Below, in pieces: positions 9,337 through 19,033 of a stretch of 37,649 bases of DNA (position 1 is its first letter; every line of letters begins with the position of its first letter). Origin of the DNA: Fervidobacterium sp. GTDB lineage: Bacteria; Thermotogota; Thermotogae; Thermotogales; Fervidobacteriaceae. The position numbers were made by a program, and so were the translations under genes. The stretch covers positions 1 to 37,649 of the forward strand of contig JBMFNR010000006.1 of assembly GCA_049970055.1 (NCBI GenBank), written 5' to 3'. Below the pieces are notes generated by a model that did no database searches, had not been told where the DNA came from, and worked only from the letters and a program-made list of their open reading frames with translations.

Positions 9337-9362
9337 TAGTGTTATATAAATATATAACACTA
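9337..9362. promoter_or_regulatory. Palindromic operator, probably for the YtrA-type GntR regulator
   Basis: Perfect inverted repeat TAGTGTTATATA-AA-TATATAACACTA, overlapping a TATAAT at 9361-9366, directly upstream of a GntR-ABC operon. Confidence 0.7.
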
Positions 9363-9395
9363 TAATTCAATTTTGAAATGAGGGGGGTGGTTTTT

Positions 9396-10360
9396 GTGGT
9401 GTCTGATAGGAAACATGAAGTGAGGTACCTATTTTCCATGGTTTTACTAGTGCTCACTTTTGGTGTTCTCGGAGTACTTCTTCCATACGTTCCGTTGAAA
9501 GTTGTTCTTTCCTTTCTTTCTTTGGTAAGTTTTGCATACATTATAAGGCACTATTCTGGAAAAATGGCAGCTTTTATTTTTCTTGGAGTTCTTTTATTTT
9601 TAATTCCGATGGCAAATATCAAGACATTTGAATACAAGGTGAAAATAGGGGACCAAGGAGTAATTTCGAGTATAACGAGTTTTATTCGAAAGTGTGGTGA
9701 AAACACTTATGCAGGCCAGAAATACTATCCGAATTCTTCGGTAAAGTCCAAAGAGACTATCTCTATTGATATCAAAGGGAAAGTTATAGTTGAGTTCATC
9801 GAGGATGGAAATGTTGCGTATCCTAATGTTTTGGAATTGAAAAAATACGATAACCTTTTGAAAATTACTGGTGGAAAAAAGATTCTACTTACGTTATTAA
9901 GATAGGGACTGACGTTGTAAAAAATCTTGAATTATCAAGTGTCGATATCGAAATGTCTGGTAGTGCAAAGCTTGATACATTGAAGGCCTCTGGAGTATCT
10001 GTAAAAATAAGCGGTGACTTTTCTGCAGTTCACTTAGAAGCGGATGGGACAAGGTTAGAACTGAAAGGTACTTTTAATTCTTCTAATATGACATTGGACG
10101 GTGTTGGAATTGAGCTTTACGGGAATTTTTACACACGCAGAGTGGAAATAGACGGTGTTGGAATAAAATCAGATATAGATCTTCATGATTGCGAAAAAAT
10201 GACCGTATCAGGAACAGGTGTTAACGGTAGTATAAGGTATTTTGGAAATCAGGACCTAAGCATGGAGCTGGAAGTCTTGGGAGGTACTGTTACAGTAGAA
10301 AATCACTCAAGTGCTGATTTAAAAATACACAGCTCAGGTGTTAAGGTCGTGAGAAAATGA
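9396..10360 (+). pseudogene. Membrane-anchored protein with C-terminal beta-repeat (DUF4097/adhesin-like) region, frameshifted
   Basis: ORF 9378/9396-9905 has three TM segments. The -1 frame is open from 9881 (DSTYVIKIGTDVVKNLELSSVDIEMSG...) into ORF 9953-10360 with G-V-G-I repeats. The break is at the A6 run 9875-9880. Confidence 0.65.
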
Positions 10361-10757
10361 CAGGCAAGATAGGAAATGTAGAATTCTTCAAGAATTTCAA
10401 AAAGGTTGACAAACACATAGGTATGCCCGCTTACTTGCAGATTGTAAATCAAATTAAGGCTAAAATAATGGTAGGTATTTTAAAAGATGGAACGCAATTA
10501 CCACCATTAGAGAACTTGAGCAGATCTTTGATGTTAATGTGAACACTATTTTAAAAGCCCTCGAAAAATTAAAATCTGAAGGGCTAGTTCAATCAGAGCA
10601 AGGTGTCGGATATTTTATTTCGGCAGGTGTGTCAATTGGCGAAGGTATAATCTCAATTGTTCGTAATTTGGTTTGTGAGTTGAAGAAAAAGGGTATCGAT
10701 ATCTATACAACTCTGCCACTTGTTGAGGAGGTGTGGAAAAATGAATGTGACGAATAA
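10357..10757 (+). pseudogene. GntR-family (YtrA-subfamily) transcriptional regulator, frameshifted
   Basis: PAYLQIVNQIK...G..LP in one frame continues as IRELEQIFDVNVNTILKALEKLKSEGLV...GVGYF in another frame. One base is missing near 10503. Confidence 0.85.
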
Positions 10758-11357
10758 CTTTCCAGTAAAAGAACATCTGAATAATTTTACTGATTACCTT
10801 AAAGCGCAACTAGTACAACGCTCACGGACTATAATTCTTTTTATTGTTTTAATGCTCTACCCGAGTTCCAATGTAAAGATGTTTTTTGGTTTTTTTAATA
10901 ATTCTGTTTTTCATTAGTGAGTGATATACGAAATAGGCGATTGGACTTATTAACTTTTCTCCATTTCACAAGGGAATCAATTTACTGGTATGAGTATTTA
11001 TTCTTAATTTTGCTTGCATCGTTGACTTCTTTTGTTGAATTACCGTTTTATGATGATCTTATCGAGGCCTTAAAAACACTGCTTAATGTTATTATTTTCA
11101 TATCAGGCTATTATGGGGCTATAATTTCACTTTCCATGCTTGGGTTAGATGGTATCGCTGCTGGATTTTTGTTTCTTTTATTCGATATGATATTTACCTC
11201 GTTTGGTAGTACTTCCATTGACACTGGTAAGATGTGTAATCCGTACAAACAGATTAGTCCATCAGAACAAGGAAGTATAATTGCTTCGTTGGCCTTTTCT
11301 GTACTTCTAATTTACTTAGGTTCTATTTTATTTGAGAAAAGTGGTGGTGAAGAATGA
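10741..11357 (+). pseudogene. ABC-2-type permease-like membrane protein, frameshifted
   Basis: Hydrophobic ORF from ATG 10741 stops at TAG 10915-10917 after T-rich runs. It continues in another frame as SDIRNRRLDLLTFL (10917-11357) with multiple TM segments. Confidence 0.65.
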
Positions 11358-12195
11358 TGGAAAGTAAAGATCTCATAGAATTTAAAGATTACGAATATGC
11401 GTTAGAAGTAAAACATCTTAGCAAACGCTTTTCTAATAAACAAGTTTTAAGCGATACTTCATTTTCTGTTAAAAGGTAGCGTTTGCCTTAATAGGACCAA
11501 ACGGTGCAGGGAAAACAACAACGATAAGGTGCATTCTCGATGCCATACAAAAAGACTCGGGAGAAATTGATATATTTGGTAGACTGTACATACCAGAATC
11601 GAAGAAATATATTGCCGCACTATCAGAGGAAAGAAAAGTTTTTAGATATTTTACCGCCAATGACTACGAAATGCTTTGGTCTATTCTTTATCCGAAATGG
11701 GACAAACAAACTTACGATACGCTTATCGCACGGTATAACTTCGATTTATCGCAAAGAGTTGAAAACTACTCAATAGGTATGAAAACGCTCTATTTTGTTA
11801 TTCTCGCTATCTCATCTGGAGATGACTTATTAATACTTGATGAACCAATGCAACATTTGGACCCGACTGTCAGATTTGAAATCATGGGACTTATAAGAAG
11901 TGTGGCACATGAGGGAAGAAGTGTTATAATTTCATCACATGAGATTTTTGAATTAGAAGAGTATGCTACTGATTTCGCGATTATAAAATCTAGGATGGTT
12001 ATTTATTCCGACTCTATTGACGAAGCGAAAGAAAAGCATAGAATTATAAAAAAAGGTGAGAAATTTTTGAATGGTGATGTAATTGGGATTGTCGGAGATG
12101 AGATACTTGTAAAAGTTGGTGATGAAATAAGCAAGTTTGGAACGTTTCCCAAGTTAAACGATATAGTTGTTGGATACCTTAATTCAAAAATATGA
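11354..12195 (+). pseudogene. ABC transporter ATP-binding protein, frameshifted
   Basis: The N-terminus (ALEVKHLSKRFSNKQVLSDTSFSVK) ends at TAG 11477-11479. Walker A GPNGAGKTT, signature YSIGMK, Walker B LLILDEP and ISSH lie in another frame open from 11473. Confidence 0.85.
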
Positions 12196-12252
12196 AAGAA
12201 AGCAATAGTTTCGCAAGATGAGTACTTTTATACTCTCGAGGAGGATGGTTTT

Positions 12253-14895
12253 ATGAAAAAGGTAGGCGAAGCTTTCTTAATTTTTTTACTGTTGTTTTTA
12301 CCATTTTTCTCATACGCAGGTGTACTTCACTTTGAGCATGCAGATGTCATTTATCCTGAGGGATACCTTGACGTTGCCGTTAGGGTTGGCAATATCTTCG
12401 AAAGTGTTCGTCAAAATGTGGTTAGTTTAATTGGTTACGACCCTGGTAGAATCTCTATTGTATTGCAAGACAAGGGAACTATAAGTAATGGTTATACACA
12501 AGTTGTGCTTCACAAAACTATTGTATTGTATACCTGGCCTACGGAAGGCTATATGGGATTTTATTTACCACTTGAAGATTGGTATACGTACCTTATAATT
12601 CACGAATTTACGCATATGTGTCATCTATCTTATCAGGATGAACTCGGAAAGTTCATTAGCATATTAGTAGGTGTTCCATACCTTCCACAACTATCAAGTC
12701 CTTTTGTTGAAGGTACAACGGTCTTTGCTGAAAGTGCATTTTCACTTTCATCAGGTAGATTAAACAATCCGTTCTTTTCTTCAGGACTTTATTATTATTC
12801 TTTGCCGAATTTTCCATCGTTAAGCTACAAAGAAACTACACCTCAAGATGATTATCGAGGTGGTACTTTGTACTATAACTTTACGGCAGGGTTTTACAAA
12901 TATCTTGTCGATACATATGGACTTGACAGTGTAAAGAAATTCCTCAACATAACATCGCAAACAGTGCTTCCTATGCTGTTGCCGTACGCTACGGAAACTA
13001 CCATCACTGATCCTTATGAGTATGTCTTTGGAAAGAAACTTGACGAGTTGTATACAGATTGGATTATGTCACTGACTAAACTTAACTACCAACAAGGAAA
13101 ACTTGTTTTTAACTTGAGAAATTCGCTCATAATACGCGTTGATTCACATAAAAATGAAATTGCCGTTCTAAGGCAATCTTTTGGGCCTACAACTTCGTAT
13201 GTTGGAACTTTTGAAAATGGATTAATCTTTCTAGATGATGTGCAATACAAAAAGGTTGACGAATTGCCACTGAATAGCCACGAGGTAAAATTTGATGGAA
13301 CAGTAGTGTACGCTCTCCAAACAAGCAATTTTCTGGATAAATTTGAAAACAAATTATGGAATATAACAGAAAATAAGGTAATAGCTTCAGGTTATATAAC
13401 TTCTTTTGGAGTTTACAGTGGAGAAGTTTATGTAAGTTATTACGATACTAAAACACTTACGTCGAAGATCAAACTTCTGAACGGTGATTTTGAATATGAT
13501 TACAATGGATATGTGAAAAACCTTGATGTCTCTAAAGACGCAATAGCATTTCTAACTTTAGATAATAGAATAATCGTGCTTGATAAAAATGGAAATGAAA
13601 TTGCCAAAATAGACGATAGGAATATGAAGGGTCCTTATGTAAAAGTTCAAGATAAGAAGGTTTTATTCTCCAGAGTAGAGGGAGAATATATAATACCTTA
13701 CTACTATGACATGGAGAATAAACTGTTCTATAAACTCGCAGACAAAACGATTCTTTCTGATTTCACGATCCACAAAGATGAATTGTATTACGTGAGTTAT
13801 ACACCATATGGAAATACAGGAGGGAATGGCATTTACAAGACAAAAATACAGTTACAAGAACTCCAAAGATTACCAAATGAAAATCCATCTACGAATATTA
13901 GTATAACCGAGCATCAATATAAACAAGGTAATGAACATCTCTTCAGACTAGCTACGTTTCTTACACCAGTGACATGGGTACCTATGTACACGAACCTACA
14001 GTTAGAAAATGATAATGTTATACACACGTTCTATTTGATTTTTACATTTACAAACGTAGAAAATGATACGGCATTTGTCTTGACACCTATTCTTGATGTG
14101 ATTCAAACAGATCCTAACACTCTTGATTTTAGTGTACTCGGATATAGACAATTTTTCGGATTTTTCACCTCAAAAGATTATTTTGGATTGTCTGCAAGCT
14201 ACATGTACCCAACAAACGATTACAGTTTCTCAGCAGGATTTATTTTGGGAGAGTTCACAATTTCACCAGCAACAAGCTTATACACGATATTAGGCACGAA
14301 TTTAAAATCTAAGAAAGATTACAATCTCGATAGTATTTTCGGCTTACTTGGGAGTGTATCTGTTCCATCAATCGACCTAGCTACGTTGAGTTTGGGAATT
14401 TATATACCTACAAACATTTTATCGAAACCTGTTCGAATGAAGAATTGGGTTATTCTAAGTAACGATGATTACGCTAAGTTATTCTCTTTGGAAAGTATGT
14501 ATTTGGCAAGTTCTCTACTGGTTGGCTTAAATTTGGATAGCAGTCTTTTGGCGGTTATTCAGACCAACATTTCAAAGCCCGAGAAAACTTATTATGATCT
14601 GTCATTTGCTTACACTCTCTTCAAAGACTCTGCAGAATTATTTGGTGGACAACTTCTGATTAGGAATTCAGGTTTAACTTTTGGCCTTGCAAATCCAGAA
14701 AACATCCACGGAGTGTATTCTCACTTCTTTGTTGAAACTTACTTTGGAGGTGTTAAAGCTTATCCTTCGATTGGCGCCTTTATTCAGCTTATGGATTTAT
14801 ACGGTTTACCTTCACCTAGTTTTAATGGATTTGTTTACTTTGGAATAGGGAGCTCACCGCACGCATTAAATTCACTATACGCAATTCCATTCTAG
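12253..14895 (+). CDS. Large exported protein with N-terminal HEXXH zinc-metallopeptidase-like domain
   Basis: Signal peptide (MKKVGEAFLIFLLLFLPFFSYA), LIIHEFTH followed by FVEG, beta-rich middle and C-terminal parts, C-terminal Phe; GAGGAGG RBS. Confidence 0.6.
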   Translation: MKKVGEAFLIFLLLFLPFFSYAGVLHFEHADVIYPEGYLDVAVRVGNIFESVRQNVVSLIGYDPGRISIVLQDKGTISNGYTQVVLHKTIVLYTWPTEGYMGFYLPLEDWYTYLIIHEFTHMCHLSYQDELGKFISILVGVPYLPQLSSPFVEGTTVFAESAFSLSSGRLNNPFFSSGLYYYSLPNFPSLSYKETTPQDDYRGGTLYYNFTAGFYKYLVDTYGLDSVKKFLNITSQTVLPMLLPYATETTITDPYEYVFGKKLDELYTDWIMSLTKLNYQQGKLVFNLRNSLIIRVDSHKNEIAVLRQSFGPTTSYVGTFENGLIFLDDVQYKKVDELPLNSHEVKFDGTVVYALQTSNFLDKFENKLWNITENKVIASGYITSFGVYSGEVYVSYYDTKTLTSKIKLLNGDFEYDYNGYVKNLDVSKDAIAFLTLDNRIIVLDKNGNEIAKIDDRNMKGPYVKVQDKKVLFSRVEGEYIIPYYYDMENKLFYKLADKTILSDFTIHKDELYYVSYTPYGNTGGNGIYKTKIQLQELQRLPNENPSTNISITEHQYKQGNEHLFRLATFLTPVTWVPMYTNLQLENDNVIHTFYLIFTFTNVENDTAFVLTPILDVIQTDPNTLDFSVLGYRQFFGFFTSKDYFGLSASYMYPTNDYSFSAGFILGEFTISPATSLYTILGTNLKSKKDYNLDSIFGLLGSVSVPSIDLATLSLGIYIPTNILSKPVRMKNWVILSNDDYAKLFSLESMYLASSLLVGLNLDSSLLAVIQTNISKPEKTYYDLSFAYTLFKDSAELFGGQLLIRNSGLTFGLANPENIHGVYSHFFVETYFGGVKAYPSIGAFIQLMDLYGLPSPSFNGFVYFGIGSSPHALNSLYAIPF

Positions 14896-14921
14896 AAGTT
14901 TTAATTTATGGAATTAACATC

Positions 14922-14958
14922 AAAAAACAGGCAGGGTGATTTGCTCTGCCTGTTTTTT
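14922..14958 (+). terminator. Intrinsic terminator
   Basis: AAAAAACAGGCAGGG-loop-CTCTGCCTGTTTTTT. Confidence 0.85.
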
Positions 14959-15163
14959 CATCTTATCATTTTTTCTTACTTTCTCATTCCCAAAACTTCA
15001 AGCAATTTGTTTTGGTAATTCTTAGAGAATTTTATGTTGTCACCATTTGACATTTCAGCAATGTACCATTTTCTAGATTGCTTCCACTTGTTGAGACTTC
15101 GCTTACCTTTCGTGACGTGGTATAATTACCTTGTAAATAGAAGCTATGTAAAGGAGAGATTTT

Positions 15164-15682
15164 ATGGAACTTCTGGATGTTATAACAAAAAGAAGAAGTA
15201 TAAGAATTTTCGATAACAAAAGTGTTCCTCATGATATTGTTGAAAAAATCGTAAACCATTCACTTATGGCACCGAGTGGTCGAAATTTAAAACCTACTGA
15301 GATTATCGTTGTTCAGAACAAATCGACAATTGAAAAAATAATGAAAACACGTGAGGGAGCATTTAGTTTTCTAAGGACAGCTCCCATTTGTATTGTTGTT
15401 ACCGCAAAAGAAGAAAGTAACACATGGATATCCGATGCTTCTATCGTGGCAACGTACATTCAGTTGTTAGCAGTTAATTATGGCCTCGGCAGTTGTTGGG
15501 GACACGTGTATGAGAGGTACCATAACGGAACTTCAGTCGAGGAAGAGATAAGGAACTTATTGAAAATTCCAAGCGCGTATCGAATACTTTGCGTTATAGG
15601 TCTTGGATATCCGGCAGAGCAAAAAAGTCCGCATTCATTAGAAGAAGTTCAGCAAGATAAAATCCATCGAGAAAGATGGTAA
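15164..15682 (+). CDS. Nitroreductase family protein
   Basis: RRSIR, APSGRN, GLGSCW and IGLGYP motifs; AAGGAG RBS; upstream TG-n-TATAAT at 15118-15126. Confidence 0.92.
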   Translation: MELLDVITKRRSIRIFDNKSVPHDIVEKIVNHSLMAPSGRNLKPTEIIVVQNKSTIEKIMKTREGAFSFLRTAPICIVVTAKEESNTWISDASIVATYIQLLAVNYGLGSCWGHVYERYHNGTSVEEEIRNLLKIPSAYRILCVIGLGYPAEQKSPHSLEEVQQDKIHRERW

Positions 15683-15704
15683 AAACTGAAAAGGGGTGAT
15701 GCTT

Positions 15705-16553
15705 ATGCGAACAAACAAAGACAGAGTTGTTCAACTCTCGATTTTAGTGGAGGTTGCACATCCGGTTGTAAGAATGCCGGTCGTAGATGGTGAAGGCAAC
15801 TCTTATTATTTTCCTGGTGTTGGTGGTATTACGTACAATTTCGGTCTTGGTGACAACGCTTTTAAGATGCACGGCGACCATGTCGAACCAGATGTAAGTG
15901 CGAAAAATTCCAATAAAGACTTGAACCCAACATGCATGGCGCTAGCTTGTATTGGAAATGAAGCTACTGTAATTTCAGGGGATGGGAAAGGCATAAAAGG
16001 TTATGTAATTGGTAAACATGGAGGAATTGACCACGTACTCATTTGGTTTCCCGAGAAAGAAAAACTTGCCGTTGGTGATAAAATCCAAATAAAATCTTGG
16101 GGACAAGGGCTTGAACTAGTTGACTATCCAGATATCAAACTTTTTAACATAGATCCCAATTTGTTTGAAAAAATCCCCATTGAGGAAAAAGATGGAAAAA
16201 TCTATGTTCCTGTTACTTCAATAGTACCTGCTTACTTGACTGGTTCAGGAATAGGTGCAGGAAATCCGGCCGCAACAGATTACGATATGAACACGTTGGA
16301 TAAAGAAGAAGTAAAACGTTTAGGGCTTGATAAAGTAAGGATTGGTGATCTTGTGGCAATAGCGGATCATTACAACGGATACGGTGCTGGTGGTTACAAA
16401 GGCGGTGCAATATCAATAGGTGTTGTTGTCCATTCGAATTGTTTTAAGACAGGTCATGGCCCAGGAATCGTGATAATTATGACAAGCAAAAATAGAAATG
16501 TCGTGCCACTAATAAACGCGGAAAGTAATATTAAAAATTACCTAGGTATTTAA
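15705..16553 (+). CDS. DUF4438 (TM1086-like) protein
   Basis: MRTNKD start, PGVGGITYN, GDHVEPDVS, ACIGN, GKHGGIDH and GHGPG motifs. Confidence 0.8.
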   Translation: MRTNKDRVVQLSILVEVAHPVVRMPVVDGEGNSYYFPGVGGITYNFGLGDNAFKMHGDHVEPDVSAKNSNKDLNPTCMALACIGNEATVISGDGKGIKGYVIGKHGGIDHVLIWFPEKEKLAVGDKIQIKSWGQGLELVDYPDIKLFNIDPNLFEKIPIEEKDGKIYVPVTSIVPAYLTGSGIGAGNPAATDYDMNTLDKEEVKRLGLDKVRIGDLVAIADHYNGYGAGGYKGGAISIGVVVHSNCFKTGHGPGIVIIMTSKNRNVVPLINAESNIKNYLGI

Positions 16554-16583
16554 AATAAGAAATCTTGACCACTCTTCATAAGT

Positions 16584-16611
16584 GCCCTGCGTGATGGCGC
16601 AGGGTTTTTTT
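16584..16611 (+). terminator. Intrinsic terminator
   Basis: CCCTGCG-TGATGG-CGCAGGG hairpin followed by T7. Confidence 0.85.
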
Positions 16612-16727
16612 GTTTGATAAATAAAGATATTCTCAATAAAACAATACCTCACGTCGTATAATCGAGTATAAAGCTGGATAAATTTAATTCATTGCCATTT
16701 TCAGAATGATGTTCGCAGCTAGGTTTG

Positions 16728-16777
16728 TGCTATAATCTGAAATATGATTCATATGAATTGTTAAAGGTGATTCATAT
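16728..16777 (+). promoter_or_regulatory. Extended -10 promoter with downstream TetR-type operator repeats
   Basis: TG-C-TATAAT (16728-16736); palindrome ATATGA-T-TCATAT (16742-16754); second TGATTCATAT (16768-16777). Confidence 0.6.
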
Positions 16778-16820
16778 TTTATATTTTAATACACTTTAAA
16801 AAGAACAAGGAGGAAAGATT

Positions 16821-17804
16821 ATGAAGTACGCAAAGATCATTTCTTCTGGCATTTATGTACCTCAAAAAGTTATGACAAACAAAGAGTTTGAAAAGATCAC
16901 TATGTTTACTATCGATCCTTATTTTACTGATGTTATTGGCATTAATCACAGACATCTTTCTGAAGATTGGGAGACTCCAACATACATGGCAGCGGAAGCT
17001 GCGAAAAAAGCTCTTGAAAGGATTGGAATGAAGCCTGAACAGATCGATTTGATTATAGTTGGTACAGATACTCCTGAATCAGTTTCGCCGCCAGATGCTC
17101 CAAGAGTTCAGTATTTGATTGGTGCTCACAAAGCAGAACCACTTTCATTTAATGTTAACGCATCCTGTGCAAACGGTGCACTCATGCTCGATATAGCAGC
17201 AAGATATATAGCAATGGGGGATTATAAAAATGTTCTTGTGATTGGCACGTACGCGATGACAAAATTTTTAAGTTGGAAATATTCCTGGGAAGCACTTTTC
17301 AGCGATGGTGCTGGGGCTCTTATCCTGACCGCATCAGATGAACCTGGATATGTCGGAAATGTAGCACGTGCCGATGGAAGTTGGTGGCAAAACTGGGGTA
17401 TTTACATGGGTGCAGGTACTATGAATTTGCAAGGTTTTGAAAAAGGATTGCATAAACTGGATTTGAGGGCAGCTTATCCTTCAACTGTTAACGAAGAAGG
17501 CTGGCCGATGCTTATAAACAAGTTACTAGAAAAGTACAATATCTCAAAAGATGAAATTGGAATGATATTCTTCACCCAAGTTAGGAAGAAAACTATAGAG
17601 AAAGTTATGGAGACTTTACAATTACCAATGGACAAAACACACCTCATCATGCATAAATATGGATATACAGGCTCGGCCTGTGTATATATGGCTTACGATG
17701 ATGCATTTGACGAAGGAAAACTTGAAAATATGGATGGAAAAATAGTTATATTCTTAACTTCTGGTGTTGGATTTCAGCAAGTCGCAACAGCTTTTATACT
17801 TTAG
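16821..17804 (+). CDS. 3-oxoacyl-ACP synthase III (FabH/KAS III)-fold protein with atypical active site
   Basis: KAS III architecture: GIYVP, GINHR, NASCANG (catalytic Cys), LFSDGAGA and SGVGF. It has FFTQ where FabH has xPHQ and YGYTGSA where FabH has YGNTSAA. Confidence 0.85.
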   Translation: MKYAKIISSGIYVPQKVMTNKEFEKITMFTIDPYFTDVIGINHRHLSEDWETPTYMAAEAAKKALERIGMKPEQIDLIIVGTDTPESVSPPDAPRVQYLIGAHKAEPLSFNVNASCANGALMLDIAARYIAMGDYKNVLVIGTYAMTKFLSWKYSWEALFSDGAGALILTASDEPGYVGNVARADGSWWQNWGIYMGAGTMNLQGFEKGLHKLDLRAAYPSTVNEEGWPMLINKLLEKYNISKDEIGMIFFTQVRKKTIEKVMETLQLPMDKTHLIMHKYGYTGSACVYMAYDDAFDEGKLENMDGKIVIFLTSGVGFQQVATAFIL

Positions 17805-17842
17805 TAAGCAATAAATTAATAAGGATAATAGGGTGTGTGCTT

Positions 17843-19033
17843 ATGTCAAGTAAGAAAAATCAAAAACGCGTTCCACAAAGAATAGATGGTATAGAGTCAA
17901 AAAGTAAACTAAAATCAGCTGCTATTGAACTATTTAGTAAAGTTAATTATTCTGATGTGTCTGTTTCGCAGATTACTAAGCTTTCAAAACTTAGTACAGG
18001 TGCATTCTATCAATATTACATAAACAAGGATGAGTTGTTCAGAGAGATAATAGAAGAGTTTTTCGACGATTTATCAAAAAGTATTTCTGGGAAAACCTTA
18101 AGAGAGTGTGGTTTGAACTATCTAAAATATGCAAAAAAACATAGAAAATTATTTAAAGTAGTGCATTTGAATGAGTATGCTTTTGAATGGATACGGAATG
18201 AATACGAGGGTATTCTTATGAATTTGTCAGAGGGATTTGGATTGTCTGAGATTGGACACTTTTACTTTTGGTCACCTTTGAAATTTGTTGTTGGATTTTC
18301 CGATCTGGTTGAAGTGAAAATTAACGACAAACATTTTGTTGATTTGGTTGTTGACGGTATTGTTTCAGATTGCCCAGAAAACTTACCGGAAGCAGTTTTT
18401 GATTTTGAACCAAAGAAACACATTATCGAACTCGACGAGCGTAGGGAGCGGATTCTTTCAAACGCGGAGAGTCTATTTGGGAGGTATGGTTACGAAAAAA
18501 CACAGGTATATGATATAGCAAAGGCATCAGGTATAGCCGTTGGAACTTTCTATCTCTATTTTGCTAACAAAATAGATTTATTGCGCGAGCTCGTACGATG
18601 GATTAACAAGGGACTAAGGTACAATGTAAAACGTGCTGTAGAAAGAAATGGAACGTATCACAGGCTTGCTCAAGAAATTGCTGGTCTTTACGCTTTTGTC
18701 CAGTTTTTCAGGGTACATTCGAATATGTACAAGATAGTTAGGGAAAGTCAGTCAATAGATAGAGAAATTGCAAAGGAATATTACACTTCCATTTATAAAC
18801 CGTACATAAAAGCTATACGAACTGCATTTGAAAATGAAAAACTATCGCTTAAAGGGAAATATGATTTTGAAGAGGAGTCAAACTATTTAGTACTAATGTT
18901 GATGAGCTTGGGTCACTACCTTGGTGAAAGGTTCCTCTTAACAGGTCAGTTAAAGGGAGAAAGGAAAGAATTGGAGGGATTCCTAGAGCAACTATACAAG
19001 TACATTTGCCATGGTTTGGAGGTGTCAAAATGA
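17843..19033 (+). CDS. TetR/AcrR-family regulator with two tandem TetR units
   Basis: HTH1 AAIELFSKVNYSDVSVSQITKLSKLSTGAFYQYYINKDELF and HTH2 AESLFGRYGYEKTQVYDIAKASGIAVGTFYLYFANKIDLL. Confidence 0.88.
   Translation: MSSKKNQKRVPQRIDGIESKSKLKSAAIELFSKVNYSDVSVSQITKLSKLSTGAFYQYYINKDELFREIIEEFFDDLSKSISGKTLRECGLNYLKYAKKHRKLFKVVHLNEYAFEWIRNEYEGILMNLSEGFGLSEIGHFYFWSPLKFVVGFSDLVEVKINDKHFVDLVVDGIVSDCPENLPEAVFDFEPKKHIIELDERRERILSNAESLFGRYGYEKTQVYDIAKASGIAVGTFYLYFANKIDLLRELVRWINKGLRYNVKRAVERNGTYHRLAQEIAGLYAFVQFFRVHSNMYKIVRESQSIDREIAKEYYTSIYKPYIKAIRTAFENEKLSLKGKYDFEEESNYLVLMLMSLGHYLGERFLLTGQLKGERKELEGFLEQLYKYICHGLEVSK

Noticed and set aside
9260..9541. 93-aa minus-strand ORF across the GntR operon promoter
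   Set aside because: Overlaps the operator and a + strand membrane-protein gene, with no recognisable motif.
16654..16720. TCGTATAAT start reminiscent of a purine riboswitch
   Set aside because: The conserved GTTTCTACC and CCGTAAA core elements and the closing P1 strand are absent.
16821..17804. Calling this gene fabH
   Set aside because: The His and Asn of the FabH triad appear substituted and there is no fab context, so the symbol was withheld.
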